A DNA stretch of 62,984 nt from Polyangia bacterium (GTDB taxonomy: Bacteria > Myxococcota_A > Polyangia > Fen-1088). The number at the start of each line of letters is the position of its first letter. Position 1 is the first letter of the stretch. Of the stretch, positions 37,263 to 46,276 are shown piece by piece. The stretch lies in contig DASZUD010000100.1 in NCBI GenBank assembly GCA_035548155.1, forward strand, positions 1-62,984. The letters are read 5' to 3'. Under the pieces are notes generated by a model. The model saw only the letters and a list, made by a program, of their open reading frames with translations. It ran no database searches and was not told the DNA's origin. Position numbers and translations under genes: made by a program.

Positions 37263-38735
37263 ATGCGATCGACCAAGTGGACTCGCCGGCAGATCCTGAA
37301 GGGCGCGGGCATCGCGCTGAGCGTGCCCTGGCTCGAGACGCTCGAGGCCAAGCGGGCGCACGCCGCGGCGGCGTCGGTGAAGCGCTACGTCTCCGTCTAT
37401 TGGCCGAACGGTACGGCCGACGGATACCTGTGGGGCGCCTCGGGCGCGGGATCGTCGATGACGCTCGCGCCCATCCTGCAGCCGCTGCAGCCGAACGTCA
37501 CGAAGATCATGCCGCTGGGTGGCGTCGGCAACTACTCGCCCTGGGGCGGGCACGCCGAGCCGTCGCACAGCAACAACTGCGCGACCGCATGGACGGGCGT
37601 CAAGGCCAGCAACAACGGCAACAACAGCGGGATCTCGATCGACCAGGCGATCGCGAACCAGATCATGGCGGCAAACAACGGCAAGCTCCCGACGCAGGTG
37701 CACTCGCTGCAGCTCGGCCTGTCGACGCTGAACTCGTACGAAGACGGCCTGCCCGGGGTTCAGTCGCGCAGCATCTCGTGGAAGGACCCGGTGAGCCCGC
37801 TCTACAAGATCGTCAGCCCGCAGAACGCGTTCGATACGCTGGTTGCGGGCGGGCTGCCCTGGCAGGGCAACAATGGCTCGACGGCGCCCGACCCAGCGGC
37901 GATGCGCCGTCAGGCGCTCAAGAAGAGCGCGCTCGACTACATCGGCAATAGCTCTTCGAGCCTGCAGCTGCGGCTGAGCAAGTCCGACAATCAGCGCCTC
38001 GGCGCGTTCCTCACGTCGGTGCGCGACCTCGAGCAGCGCGTGACCATGACGCCGGGCGCGAACGCCAGCTGTGGGCCCGTGGCGCAGCCCACGCAGACCT
38101 ACGGCGTCATGAACACGCCGCCCGACTACAACCGCGGCACGCACGCGACGCTGATGATCGATCTCATGGTCATGGCGTTCCAGTGCGACCTCACGCGCGT
38201 CGTGAGCTTCATGCTGGACGATGCCCGCAGCGACTTCGTCTACAACTTCCTGCAGACGCGCAAGTTCACGCCGACGGGCTCGACGCCTGGCACGGGCGCG
38301 GTGCAGGGCTACCACGGCCTGCAGCACGTCAGCGACACCAACGACGGCTACGCGACGATCACGTACTGGAACATGGAGCGCCTGAACGAGATGATCACGA
38401 AGATCTCGAAAATCCAGGAGGGCAGCGGGACGGCCTTCGATTCGACGGTGATCCACGCGATGAGCGGCATGCACGGCGGCAACCACGACGCGCTGAACAT
38501 TCCGGTCGTCCTCGCGGGAACGGGCGGCGGCGTGCTGAAGACGGGCCAGGCGCTGAACCTCGCCAATGGCAGCAGCACGGTCACGGGCGAAAAGTCCCTG
38601 GCGGGCAAGAACCTGCAGGACATCCACCTCACGATCCTCAACCGCGTGTTCGGGGCGAACCAAGCGGAGTTCGGCAAGGCGGTGGGATCGTTCGTGGGGA
38701 CGACAGGCGTGCTGAATCAGCTCCTGGCTGCCTAA
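37263..38735 (+). CDS. DUF1552 family protein with Tat-type signal
   Basis: Start at MRSTKWTRRQILKGAGIALSVPWLE (twin-Arg), 490 aa. The overall pattern is typical of DUF1552, including ...GYHGLQHV... and ...MSGMHGGNHD.... Confidence 0.82.
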   Translation: MRSTKWTRRQILKGAGIALSVPWLETLEAKRAHAAAASVKRYVSVYWPNGTADGYLWGASGAGSSMTLAPILQPLQPNVTKIMPLGGVGNYSPWGGHAEPSHSNNCATAWTGVKASNNGNNSGISIDQAIANQIMAANNGKLPTQVHSLQLGLSTLNSYEDGLPGVQSRSISWKDPVSPLYKIVSPQNAFDTLVAGGLPWQGNNGSTAPDPAAMRRQALKKSALDYIGNSSSSLQLRLSKSDNQRLGAFLTSVRDLEQRVTMTPGANASCGPVAQPTQTYGVMNTPPDYNRGTHATLMIDLMVMAFQCDLTRVVSFMLDDARSDFVYNFLQTRKFTPTGSTPGTGAVQGYHGLQHVSDTNDGYATITYWNMERLNEMITKISKIQEGSGTAFDSTVIHAMSGMHGGNHDALNIPVVLAGTGGGVLKTGQALNLANGSSTVTGEKSLAGKNLQDIHLTILNRVFGANQAEFGKAVGSFVGTTGVLNQLLAA

Positions 38736-39526
38736 CGGAACTGCGGCGAGGTCGAGGCGCGCGCGACCGCGTCCGGTGGGGCGTCGGGGGGCAGGGGGAC
38801 GTCGTCGCGCGCGAGTCGAGTGAGCCAGGCGCGGTCGAGCGGGCGGGCGAGGTCGGCGACGTCGACGGCGGCGGCCGTCGTGTGCGCCTTCTCGCCGATC
38901 GCGTCGCCGACGCCGACGGCCCACCCGCCGAGCAACAGCGCGACGCGCGTGGCGGTCGACGCGCTGTACGTGAACAACGTGCAGCGCGGCCCCGCGGCGC
39001 GCCGGGCCGCGGCGAAGGCGGCGATCGTCCACAGCGTCGGGTTGGCGCGCGGCGAGAACGGGTCCCAGTAGATGACGTCGGCCCGCACCGGCACGCGCGC
39101 GAGCGCCTCGAGCACGTCGCCCGCCTCGAGGCTCCAGGTGACGTGCGGCGTCTCGTGGTGCCCGTGCGCCAGCAGCGCCCGCGCCGCGACGGCCGCGCCT
39201 TCGTCGATCGCGAAGGCGTCGGGGGTTTCGAGCGCGAGCGCCAGCGCGCCGAGATCTCGCTCGAAGCTCACGAGGCGCAGCCGGCCCGCGCCGCCGCGCG
39301 CGGCGGCGGCGCGCGCCGCGAACGCGTTCGACCCGGCGCCGAGGCCCACGTCGAAGACCACGACCTCCGCCTGCTCGCGCAGGCGCTCGGCGAGGCGCGA
39401 CTGCCGGACGTAGAGCTGCTCGGCCTCGACGAGCGGGCCCACGCCCGGGTGCATGACCTCTCCCGCGTCGACGCTGCGCATGGCCAGCGCGCCGCCGCGC
39501 GTGCGCACGACCTCGTGGTTCTTCAC
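38732..39526 (-). CDS. Stand-alone MnmC-type SAM-dependent methyltransferase domain protein (DUF752-like)
   Basis: The GTG at 39526 overlaps the tgt stop (GTGA). VVFDVGLGAGSNA (SAM motif I) and DVIYWDPFSPRANPTLW (compare MnmC D.F.LDGFSP..NP.LW). 264 aa. An alternative ATG is at 39481. Confidence 0.8.
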   Translation of the reverse strand: MKNHEVVRTRGGALAMRSVDAGEVMHPGVGPLVEAEQLYVRQSRLAERLREQAEVVVFDVGLGAGSNAFAARAAAARGGAGRLRLVSFERDLGALALALETPDAFAIDEGAAVAARALLAHGHHETPHVTWSLEAGDVLEALARVPVRADVIYWDPFSPRANPTLWTIAAFAAARRAAGPRCTLFTYSASTATRVALLLGGWAVGVGDAIGEKAHTTAAAVDVADLARPLDRAWLTRLARDDVPLPPDAPPDAVARASTSPQFR

Positions 39527-40656
39527 GCTGCCGCCCCGGCGTGCTCGTGCCGATCGATGCGCGCCAGCGTCTCGCGCGCGAAGGCGGCGTAGCGGCCGGC
39601 CTCGATCGCGGCGCGCGCTTGCGCCATGAGATCCAGATAGTGGTGGAGGTTGTGGATGCTGAGCAGCCGCGGCCCCAGCGGCTCGCTGCACTTGAACAGG
39701 TGGTGGAGGTAGCCGCGGCTGAACGTCGTGCACGTCGAGCACGCACACGCGGCGTCCAGCGCGTCGTCGCGCTCGCCGTTGGCGCTGCGCGTGACGCGCA
39801 CGCGGCCCGTCGAGGTGAAGGCCGTGCCCTGCCACGCGAGGTGCGTGGGCAGCACGCAGTCGAACATGTCGACGCCATACCCGATGGCCGCCAGCAGATC
39901 GGGCGGCGTGCCCACGCCCATGAGGTAGCGCGGCTGCGACGCCGGCAACAGCTCGACGGCCGTGGCCATGACGTCCTCGCGCTGCGCGCGCGTGTCGCCC
40001 ACGGCCAGGCCGCCGATCGCGAAGCCGTCGAACGGGTGCGCCGTGAGGAACCCCGCGGACTGCCGCCGCAGCTCGGGGACCAGGCCGCCCTGCACGATCG
40101 CGAACAGCGCCTGGTCCGGGTTCGTGCGCGCGGCGAGGCTGCGCAGCGCCCAGCGGTGGGTGCGCTCCATCGCGGTGCGGATCGTCGCCTCGTCGGCGTT
40201 CGACGGAACGCACTCGTCGAGCACCATCATGATGTCGGACCCGATCGCCGTCTGCATCTCGATCGAGCCCTCTGGTGTGAGATCGATCAGCCGGGAGTCG
40301 ACGTAGCTGCGAAAGCGCGCGCCCCGATCGTCGATGGTGCGGTCGCCGGCCAGCGAGAAGATCTGGTAGCCGCCCGAGTCGGTCAGCACGGGCCCCGGCC
40401 AGCGCATGAACCCGTGGATGCCGCCCACGCGCCGGAACACCTCGGCGCCCGGGCGCAGCATGAGGTGGTACGTGTTGGCCAGCAGGATGGGCGCGCCCAT
40501 GGCCGCGAGATCGGCGGGCGTCAACCCCGTCACCGTGGCGCGCGTCCCCACCGGCATGAACGCGGGCGTCTCGACGGCGCCGCGCCGCGTGGCCAGCGTG
40601 CCCCGGCGCGCGCGCGATCCGGGATCGCGCGCTCCCGGGGCGAACGTGAAAGGCAT
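39523..40656 (-). CDS. tgt: tRNA-guanine transglycosylase (queuine tRNA-ribosyltransferase)
   Basis: Start at MPFTFAPG...RRGTLATRRGAVETPAFMPVGT. Motifs LANTYHL, DSGGYQ, MVLDEC and the zinc site CxCxxC...H (CACSTCTTFSRGYLHHL). 377 aa. Confidence 0.95.
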   Translation of the reverse strand: MPFTFAPGARDPGSRARRGTLATRRGAVETPAFMPVGTRATVTGLTPADLAAMGAPILLANTYHLMLRPGAEVFRRVGGIHGFMRWPGPVLTDSGGYQIFSLAGDRTIDDRGARFRSYVDSRLIDLTPEGSIEMQTAIGSDIMMVLDECVPSNADEATIRTAMERTHRWALRSLAARTNPDQALFAIVQGGLVPELRRQSAGFLTAHPFDGFAIGGLAVGDTRAQREDVMATAVELLPASQPRYLMGVGTPPDLLAAIGYGVDMFDCVLPTHLAWQGTAFTSTGRVRVTRSANGERDDALDAACACSTCTTFSRGYLHHLFKCSEPLGPRLLSIHNLHHYLDLMAQARAAIEAGRYAAFARETLARIDRHEHAGAAA

Positions 40657-40858
40657 GCGCGGCACCCTAGCAGCGCGCGCGCGCGCCGGTCCAGCCGTCG
40701 AGCACGGTTCAGATCGAGCTCCGCTCGGCGCGCTGGCGACGACGATCGGCCTCGCGAGCCTCTGGAACCGCCTCGACGTCACCACGCCGCGGGGGACCGG
40801 GGACTGGGTCGTCGAATCCGTCTGAAGCCCGGCGATCGTCTCGCGATACACTGTCGCC

Positions 40859-42448
40859 ATGCGCGTGAGCGGCGGGTCGCTGGACCTTCCAGCGCTGCGG
40901 CGGCAGCGGACGATCGCGGCGATCGCAGGGGGCGTCTACCTGCTGTGGTGGTTCACGGTCGAGATCACCTTGCCGGGCTCGTTCAACCCGCTGCCGGGCC
41001 GGCTGCTCGTCGTCGCCGCGAGCGGCGCGCTGGTGGCGGCGAGCTTCCGCATCGCCTGGGTGCGGCGTCGCTTCTCCGCTCTGTTCACGGCCTGGGCGTG
41101 CCTGCTCGCCGCCCACTACGGCTACTTGATCGTGGGCAACCACGGCGAGTCCACCTGGTGGGTGGGCGCGTTCGTGACGGTCGCCGCGACGGGCATGTGC
41201 CTGCAGTCGCCGCGCGAGGTGCTGGCGTTCTCGCTGTTCGCGATGGCGGGCGTGCTGGGCATCGCCGCCGGCCTGGGCCAGCTCGCCCACTCGATCTACA
41301 TCCCGGGCCTGGCGACGATCCTGTTGCTGGCGAACGTCACCAAGCGGAGCCAGCTCATCGCGCAGGACGCGCGGCTGCAGCTCGCGGCGATCGTCGAGTC
41401 GTCGAGCGACGCCATCATCGGCACGGATCTCGAAGGGGTCATCCGCAGCTGGAACAAGGGCGCCGAGCGGCTGTTCGGTCACGCGGCGCCCGACGTGATC
41501 GGGGGCCCGCTCTCGGTGCTGCTGCTGCCGGGGCGGCAGGCCGAGGACGCCGCGCTGTTCGCGCGCCTCCGCGCCGGCGAGCAGATCGCGCCCGTCGAGA
41601 CGGCGCGCCGCCATCGAGACGGCGCCGTGCTGGACGTGTCGATCACGGTCTCGCCCATCCATGATTCGCGCGGCGGGCTCGTGGGGGCGTCGATCGCCGC
41701 GCGCGACATCTCGGACCGCAAGCGCGCCGAGGCGGAGATTCGCAGCGCGCGCGAGGCGGCCGAGGCGGCGAACCGCGAGCTCGAGGCCTTCAACTACTCG
41801 GTGGCGCACGACCTCCGGTCTCCGCTGCGCGCCGTCGACGGCTTCGCCAGCCGCCTGCTCGACGACTATGGCGGCAAGGTCGACGAGGTGGGGCAGAGCC
41901 ACCTGCGCCGCGTCCGCGAGGCCGCCAAGCACATGGGGCTGCTCATCGACGGCCTGCTGGCGCTCAGCCGGCTCGGCCGCGTGGACCTGCGCGACCAGCG
42001 CGTCGATCTCAGCGAGCTCGCGCGCGCGGCGGCGCAGCGCCTCCGCGAGTCACAGCCGGAGCGCGACGTCGAGATCGTGATCCAAGCGGGACTGGCGGCG
42101 CACGGCGACCCGACGCTGCTGGGCGACGCTCTCGAGAACCTGCTCGGCAACGCCTGGAAGTTCACGCGCCACACGCGCGCCGCGCGCATCGAGGTCGGCG
42201 CCGTCCAGGAGGCGGGCCGCACGGAGTACTTCGTGCGCGACAACGGCGTCGGCTTCGACATGGCTTACGCCTCGAAGCTGTTCGGCGTGTTCCAGCGGCT
42301 GCACGCGCGGAGCGAGTTCGAGGGGACGGGCGTCGGCCTCGCGACCGTGCAACGGATCGTGCAGCGCCACGGCGGGAACATCCGCGCCGAAGGCAAGGTC
42401 GACGAGGGCGCTTGCTTCCGGTTCACGCTGGGCGATCACCCGGCGTGA
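40859..42448 (+). CDS. Membrane sensor histidine kinase (multi-TM N-terminus, PAS, HisKA, HATPase_c)
   Basis: 529 aa. PAS segment AAIVESSSDAIIGTDLEGVIRSWNKGAERLFG. H-box FNYSVAHDLRSPLR. N/G boxes LGNAWKF, DNGVGFD, GTGVGLA. Confidence 0.92.
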   Translation: MRVSGGSLDLPALRRQRTIAAIAGGVYLLWWFTVEITLPGSFNPLPGRLLVVAASGALVAASFRIAWVRRRFSALFTAWACLLAAHYGYLIVGNHGESTWWVGAFVTVAATGMCLQSPREVLAFSLFAMAGVLGIAAGLGQLAHSIYIPGLATILLLANVTKRSQLIAQDARLQLAAIVESSSDAIIGTDLEGVIRSWNKGAERLFGHAAPDVIGGPLSVLLLPGRQAEDAALFARLRAGEQIAPVETARRHRDGAVLDVSITVSPIHDSRGGLVGASIAARDISDRKRAEAEIRSAREAAEAANRELEAFNYSVAHDLRSPLRAVDGFASRLLDDYGGKVDEVGQSHLRRVREAAKHMGLLIDGLLALSRLGRVDLRDQRVDLSELARAAAQRLRESQPERDVEIVIQAGLAAHGDPTLLGDALENLLGNAWKFTRHTRAARIEVGAVQEAGRTEYFVRDNGVGFDMAYASKLFGVFQRLHARSEFEGTGVGLATVQRIVQRHGGNIRAEGKVDEGACFRFTLGDHPA

Positions 42449-42451
42449 CGC

Positions 42452-42733
42452 TCAGCGTTCGCGTGGCGCATCGCACCCCGCGCGCCGCGCGGCGGTTGCC
42501 GCCGACGCGACGTCGGCCAGGATCGCGCGCGCCCGCGGCAGCAACGTCGCGCCCGCCGGCAGCAGCCGCACGCCGCGCGGGGTCCGCTCGAAGAGCCGCA
42601 CGCCCAGCTCGTCCTCGAGCGAGCGGATCTGCCGGCTGAGCGGCGGCTGCGAGACGTGCAGCCGTGTCGCGGCGCGCCCCACGTTGCCCTCCTCGGCGAC
42701 GGCGACGAAGTATTCGAGCTGCGCGAGGCTCAC
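42452..42733 (-). CDS. LysR-type HTH domain only (93 aa); truncated regulator or stand-alone HTH
   Basis: GTG start. [55 protein letters not shown] is a complete LysR N-terminal wHTH. No co-inducer-binding domain follows, and the stop comes about 30 aa later. Confidence 0.6.
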   Translation of the reverse strand: MSLAQLEYFVAVAEEGNVGRAATRLHVSQPPLSRQIRSLEDELGVRLFERTPRGVRLLPAGATLLPRARAILADVASAATAARRAGCDAPRER

Positions 42734-42863
42734 GCCCCGAGCATAACACCCGCCGCGCAGGCGCAGTCGGGCGCCGCCCGAGGAGGCCGGCAAGCGATCT
42801 GGGCTCCAGATCAGATCCAAAAGGTATTGGATCGCCGCGGCCGCGATCGCGCAGGGTGGAGCG

Positions 42864-43619
42864 ATGTCGATCCAGCTCCTCGGCGCCGCGGACGTGACGG
42901 CGATGCGGCGCGCGGGCCGCGCCGCCGCGTCGACCTTGGCCGCCGTCGCGGCGCGTCTCGGTCCCGGCGTCTCGACGGCCGAGATCGACGCGTGGGTGCG
43001 GGAAGACACGCGCCGCCAAGGCGGGCGGCCCAGCCAGCTCGGGTACCACGGCTTCCCCGCCGCGGTGTGCACGAGCCGGAACGCCGTCGTTTGCCACGGA
43101 ATCCCCAGCACCACCGAGCGCCTCGCCCCGGGCGACATCGTGAACGTCGACGTCACGACGGAGCTGGGGGGCTTTCACGGCGACACGTCCGCGACGTTCT
43201 TCGTGGGCACGCCCAGCGTCGACGCACGCCACGTGGTGGAGACCGCGCGCCGCTGCCGCGACGTCGGCATCGCGGAGGTCCGCGCGGGCGCTCGCCTGGG
43301 CGACATCGGCGCCGCCATCGAGGAGCTCGCCGCCCGGGAGGGCTGCAGCGTCGTGCGCGAGTTCGGCGGCCATGGCATCGGGCGCTCGATGCACGAGTCG
43401 CCGCACGTCGCCTACGTGGGCCCGCGCGGCTCGGGCCTGCGCCTGCGTGAGGGCATGGCCATCACGATCGAGCCGATGATCAACCTCGGCCGCCCCGACG
43501 TGCGTCAACTCGAAGACGGCTGGACGATCGTCACGGCCGACGGGTCGCTGTCCGCGCAGTTCGAGCACACGGTGCTGGTCACGCGCGAGGGGGGCGAGAT
43601 CCTCACGCTGCCGCCGTGA
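42864..43619 (+). CDS. map: Type I methionine aminopeptidase
   Basis: 251 aa. [32 protein letters not shown] and TIEPM match the MetAP-I metal-ligand signature. Confidence 0.95.
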   Translation: MSIQLLGAADVTAMRRAGRAAASTLAAVAARLGPGVSTAEIDAWVREDTRRQGGRPSQLGYHGFPAAVCTSRNAVVCHGIPSTTERLAPGDIVNVDVTTELGGFHGDTSATFFVGTPSVDARHVVETARRCRDVGIAEVRAGARLGDIGAAIEELAAREGCSVVREFGGHGIGRSMHESPHVAYVGPRGSGLRLREGMAITIEPMINLGRPDVRQLEDGWTIVTADGSLSAQFEHTVLVTREGGEILTLPP

Positions 43620-43628
43620 CGAGGGCCG

Positions 43629-44186
43629 CTACTTCACCGAGTAGCCGCGCGCGTCCAGGCAGGCGCCGAAGGCCCGCTTGAAGTCGTCCATCTCCTTCTT
43701 GTAGGCGGCCTTCTTGCGCGAGGCCTCTTGCTGCTGCTGCGCCGTCGCGTTGGCCGCAGCTTGTTGCTGGATCTGCGCGTTCTCCTCTCGCTGCCTCGTG
43801 CCGCCCCTGACCGTGCCCACCGCCGCGCCGACGGCCGCTCCCGCGAGCGGAGCGCCGAGGACCGCGCCACCCAGCGCGCCCACCGCCCCGCCCTTGACGG
43901 CGCCGCGGGTCTTCCCGCCGCTCGCCTCCGGCGCAGTCTGCGCGGCCTGGTTGGCGGCAGCCTGCTGTTCGGACGCGCTGGGTCCCTTCGGCGGTGGCTT
44001 CTTGGGATCCACGCCCGACTGCTCCTTGGCGGCGGCGTAGCATTCGCCCTCGTCCTTCTTCTGTTGCTCCGCGCTCTGCTTGTCCTTCGGGAACACGTAG
44101 ACGCCGACGTCTTTCGCTGGTGACCCCGGCTCAGCCGCCGCCGGCATCGCCGGAAGCGCCACCACGAGGGCCAGCCACCTCCACAT
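43629..44186 (-). CDS. Secreted glycine-zipper protein
   Basis: Start at MWRWLALVVALPAMPAAAEP. Glycine zipper GAVKGGAVGALGGAVLGAPLAGAAVGAAVG. 185 aa. The track ORF extension upstream is Arg/Ser/Pro-rich junk. Confidence 0.75.
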   Translation of the reverse strand: MWRWLALVVALPAMPAAAEPGSPAKDVGVYVFPKDKQSAEQQKKDEGECYAAAKEQSGVDPKKPPPKGPSASEQQAAANQAAQTAPEASGGKTRGAVKGGAVGALGGAVLGAPLAGAAVGAAVGTVRGGTRQREENAQIQQQAAANATAQQQQEASRKKAAYKKEMDDFKRAFGACLDARGYSVK

Positions 44187-44610
44187 GGCTCGAGGACCGC
44201 GCCTCGCTCCCCTCTCCGTGTCGATGCTCATGATCGATCGTGGCCTCGTGATTTGACCGGCGCCACCCGGAACCGAGCGCCGCGAGCGCGTACCAACCGA
44301 GGACGGGCCCCGCGCCCGCGCCGAGGACGGGCACGGGGAAGTTGCCGAGGAACGTGACGGCGAACGCCACGCCGAGGTAGAGCCCGGCCGTGGGCGCCCG
44401 GGCGATGGGCAAAGAGACGAAGAGGGCGCCGATCGCCGCGAGCGCAGCCGCCGTCGTGAGCGCGCCGCTCGACCACGCGAGCCCGAGGATCCGCTCGACG
44501 TGATCGACCGCGGGGAGCGGATCGGGGCGCAGCCACGTCGCACCCGCGAACAGCGCCGAGGCGAGGGCGACGGGGACGGCGGCGCGGTCTTCTCGCGCGC
44601 GGGCGAGCAA
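44131..44610 (-). CDS. Possible small polytopic membrane protein (start uncertain; TTG at 44610)
   Basis: This is the only protein-like frame in an otherwise 450-nt gap. Hydrophobic helices: AVPVALASALFAGATWL, ALTTAAALAAIGALFVSLPI, GLYLGVAFAVTFLGNFPVPVLGAGAGPVLGWYALAAL. The 3' end overlaps the glycine-zipper gene start by 56 nt. Confidence 0.35.
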   Translation of the reverse strand: MLARAREDRAAVPVALASALFAGATWLRPDPLPAVDHVERILGLAWSSGALTTAAALAAIGALFVSLPIARAPTAGLYLGVAFAVTFLGNFPVPVLGAGAGPVLGWYALAALGSGWRRSNHEATIDHEHRHGEGSEARSSSHVEVAGPRGGASGDAGGG

Positions 44611-44685
44611 CAGCGACGGCGCGCGCGTACCACCTGTTTTGCGCGCTTCACCGTGACTAGGGATCGAAGAAGAGGTTGAGGGCTC

Positions 44686-46260
44686 GTGGAGACATTGCGG
44701 GCCGATGTCGGCATCATCGGGGGAGGGCTGGGCGCGTGCGCGGCGGCGCTGGCGGCGGCGCGCGCCGGACGGCGCGTGATTCTCACCGAAGAGACGCACT
44801 GGATCGGCGGCCAACTCACCAACCAGGCCGTGCCGCCCGACGAGCACCCCTGGATTGAGGACTTCGGCGCGACGGCCAGCTACCGCGCGCTGCGCCAGAG
44901 CATCCGCGAGTACTACCGCAGCTACCTGCCTCTCACCGATCGCGCGCGCGCGACGGCGCACCTCAACCCCGGCAACGGCTGGGTCAGCCGGCTCTGTCAC
45001 GATCCGCGCGTCGCCGTCGCCGTGCTGCACCAGATGATGGCGCCCTACCAGCTGAGCGGCCGCCTACTGGTGTTGCACCCGCACCAGCCCGTCGAGGCTT
45101 GGACGCAGCACGATCGCGTGAGCGCGATCGCCGTGCGCGGCCTGCAATCGGGGCGCAAGGTCCTCATCGAGGCGCCGTACTTCATCGACGCGACGCCGTT
45201 CGGCGACCTGCTCGGGCTCGCCGGGATCGAGCACGTGCTGGGCGCCGAGTCGCGCGCCGACACGGGCGAGCCGCACGCGGCGCTGGAGGCCGATCCGCGG
45301 GACCAGCAGGCCATCACCGTGTGCTTCGCGATGGAGCACCTGCCCGGCGAGGACCACACGATCGACGAGCCCTCGCAGTACAAGCTTTGGCGCGAGGTGC
45401 GCCCGCCGGGTTGGCCGGGGCCGCTGCTCGGCTGGACGACGATGCGGCCCGAGACGCACGAGCCCTTGCGGCGGCACCTGTTCGACGCGCCCGACGACCT
45501 GCCGTGGTGGCGCTTCCGACGCATCCTCGACGCGTCGAACTTCGAGGCGGGCTTCGCGCGCAGCGACATCACCGTCGTGAACTGGCCGCAAAACGACTAC
45601 TTCTTCGGCGCCGTCGTGGGCGTTCCGCCCTAAGAGCAGGCGCGCAACGTCGAGGCGGCGCGGCAGCTCAGCCTGAGCTTCTTCTACTGGCTGCAGACCG
45701 AGGCGCCGCGCCCCGACGGCGGCGTCGGCTACCCGGGCCTGCGCCTGCGCGGCGACGTCGTCGGCGGCTCGGCCGACGGACTGGCCCTCGCGCCGTACGT
45801 GCGCGAGTCGCGCCGCATCCGCGCCGAGCTCACGGTGCTCGAGCAACACATCGGCCATCCGCTGCGCAAGCACGGCGCCGAGAAGTTCCCCGATTCGGTC
45901 GGCGTCGGCTGCTACCGGATCGATCTGCACCCGCGCGTCAGCGGCGCCGGCTATCTGGACATCGGCTGCTGGCCCTTCCAGATCCCGCTGGGCGCGATGA
46001 TCCCCGTGCGCGTCGAGAACGTGCTGCCGGGCGGCAAGAACCTGGGCGTCACGCACGTGACGAACGGCGCGTTCCGCCTTCACCCCGTCGAGTGGAACGT
46101 CGGCGAGGTCGCCGGTTGGCTCGCGGCGTTCTGCCTCGAGAAGCAGGTCCCGCCGCGGGCCGTGCGGAACGACGCCCGGCGGCTCGGGGAGTTCCAGTCT
46201 CTGCTGTCACGGCAAGGCGTCGAGCTCGCGTGGCCGTCGCCGTCGCCGCCCGCGCTGTGA
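44686..46260 (+). pseudogene. FAD-dependent oxidoreductase (FAD_oxidored-type) interrupted by a single in-frame TAA at 45631-45633
   Basis: N-terminal dinucleotide fold DVGIIGGGLGACAAALAAARAG. ORFs 44686-45633 and 45799-46260 are in the same frame. The inter-ORF stretch translates cleanly ([41 protein letters not shown]...). Confidence 0.8.
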
Positions 46261-46276
46261 GGGAGGAGGACGACCC

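Noticed and set aside
37209-39878. 889-aa minus-strand ORF
   Set aside because: It is antisense to the DUF1552 gene and out of frame with the MnmC-like and tgt genes. It is extremely Arg/Ala-rich.
44187-44822. Upstream extension of the glycine-zipper ORF (track ORF 43629-44822, 397 aa)
   Set aside because: The extension is Arg/Ser/Pro-rich with no structure. A clean signal peptide starts at the ATG at 44186.
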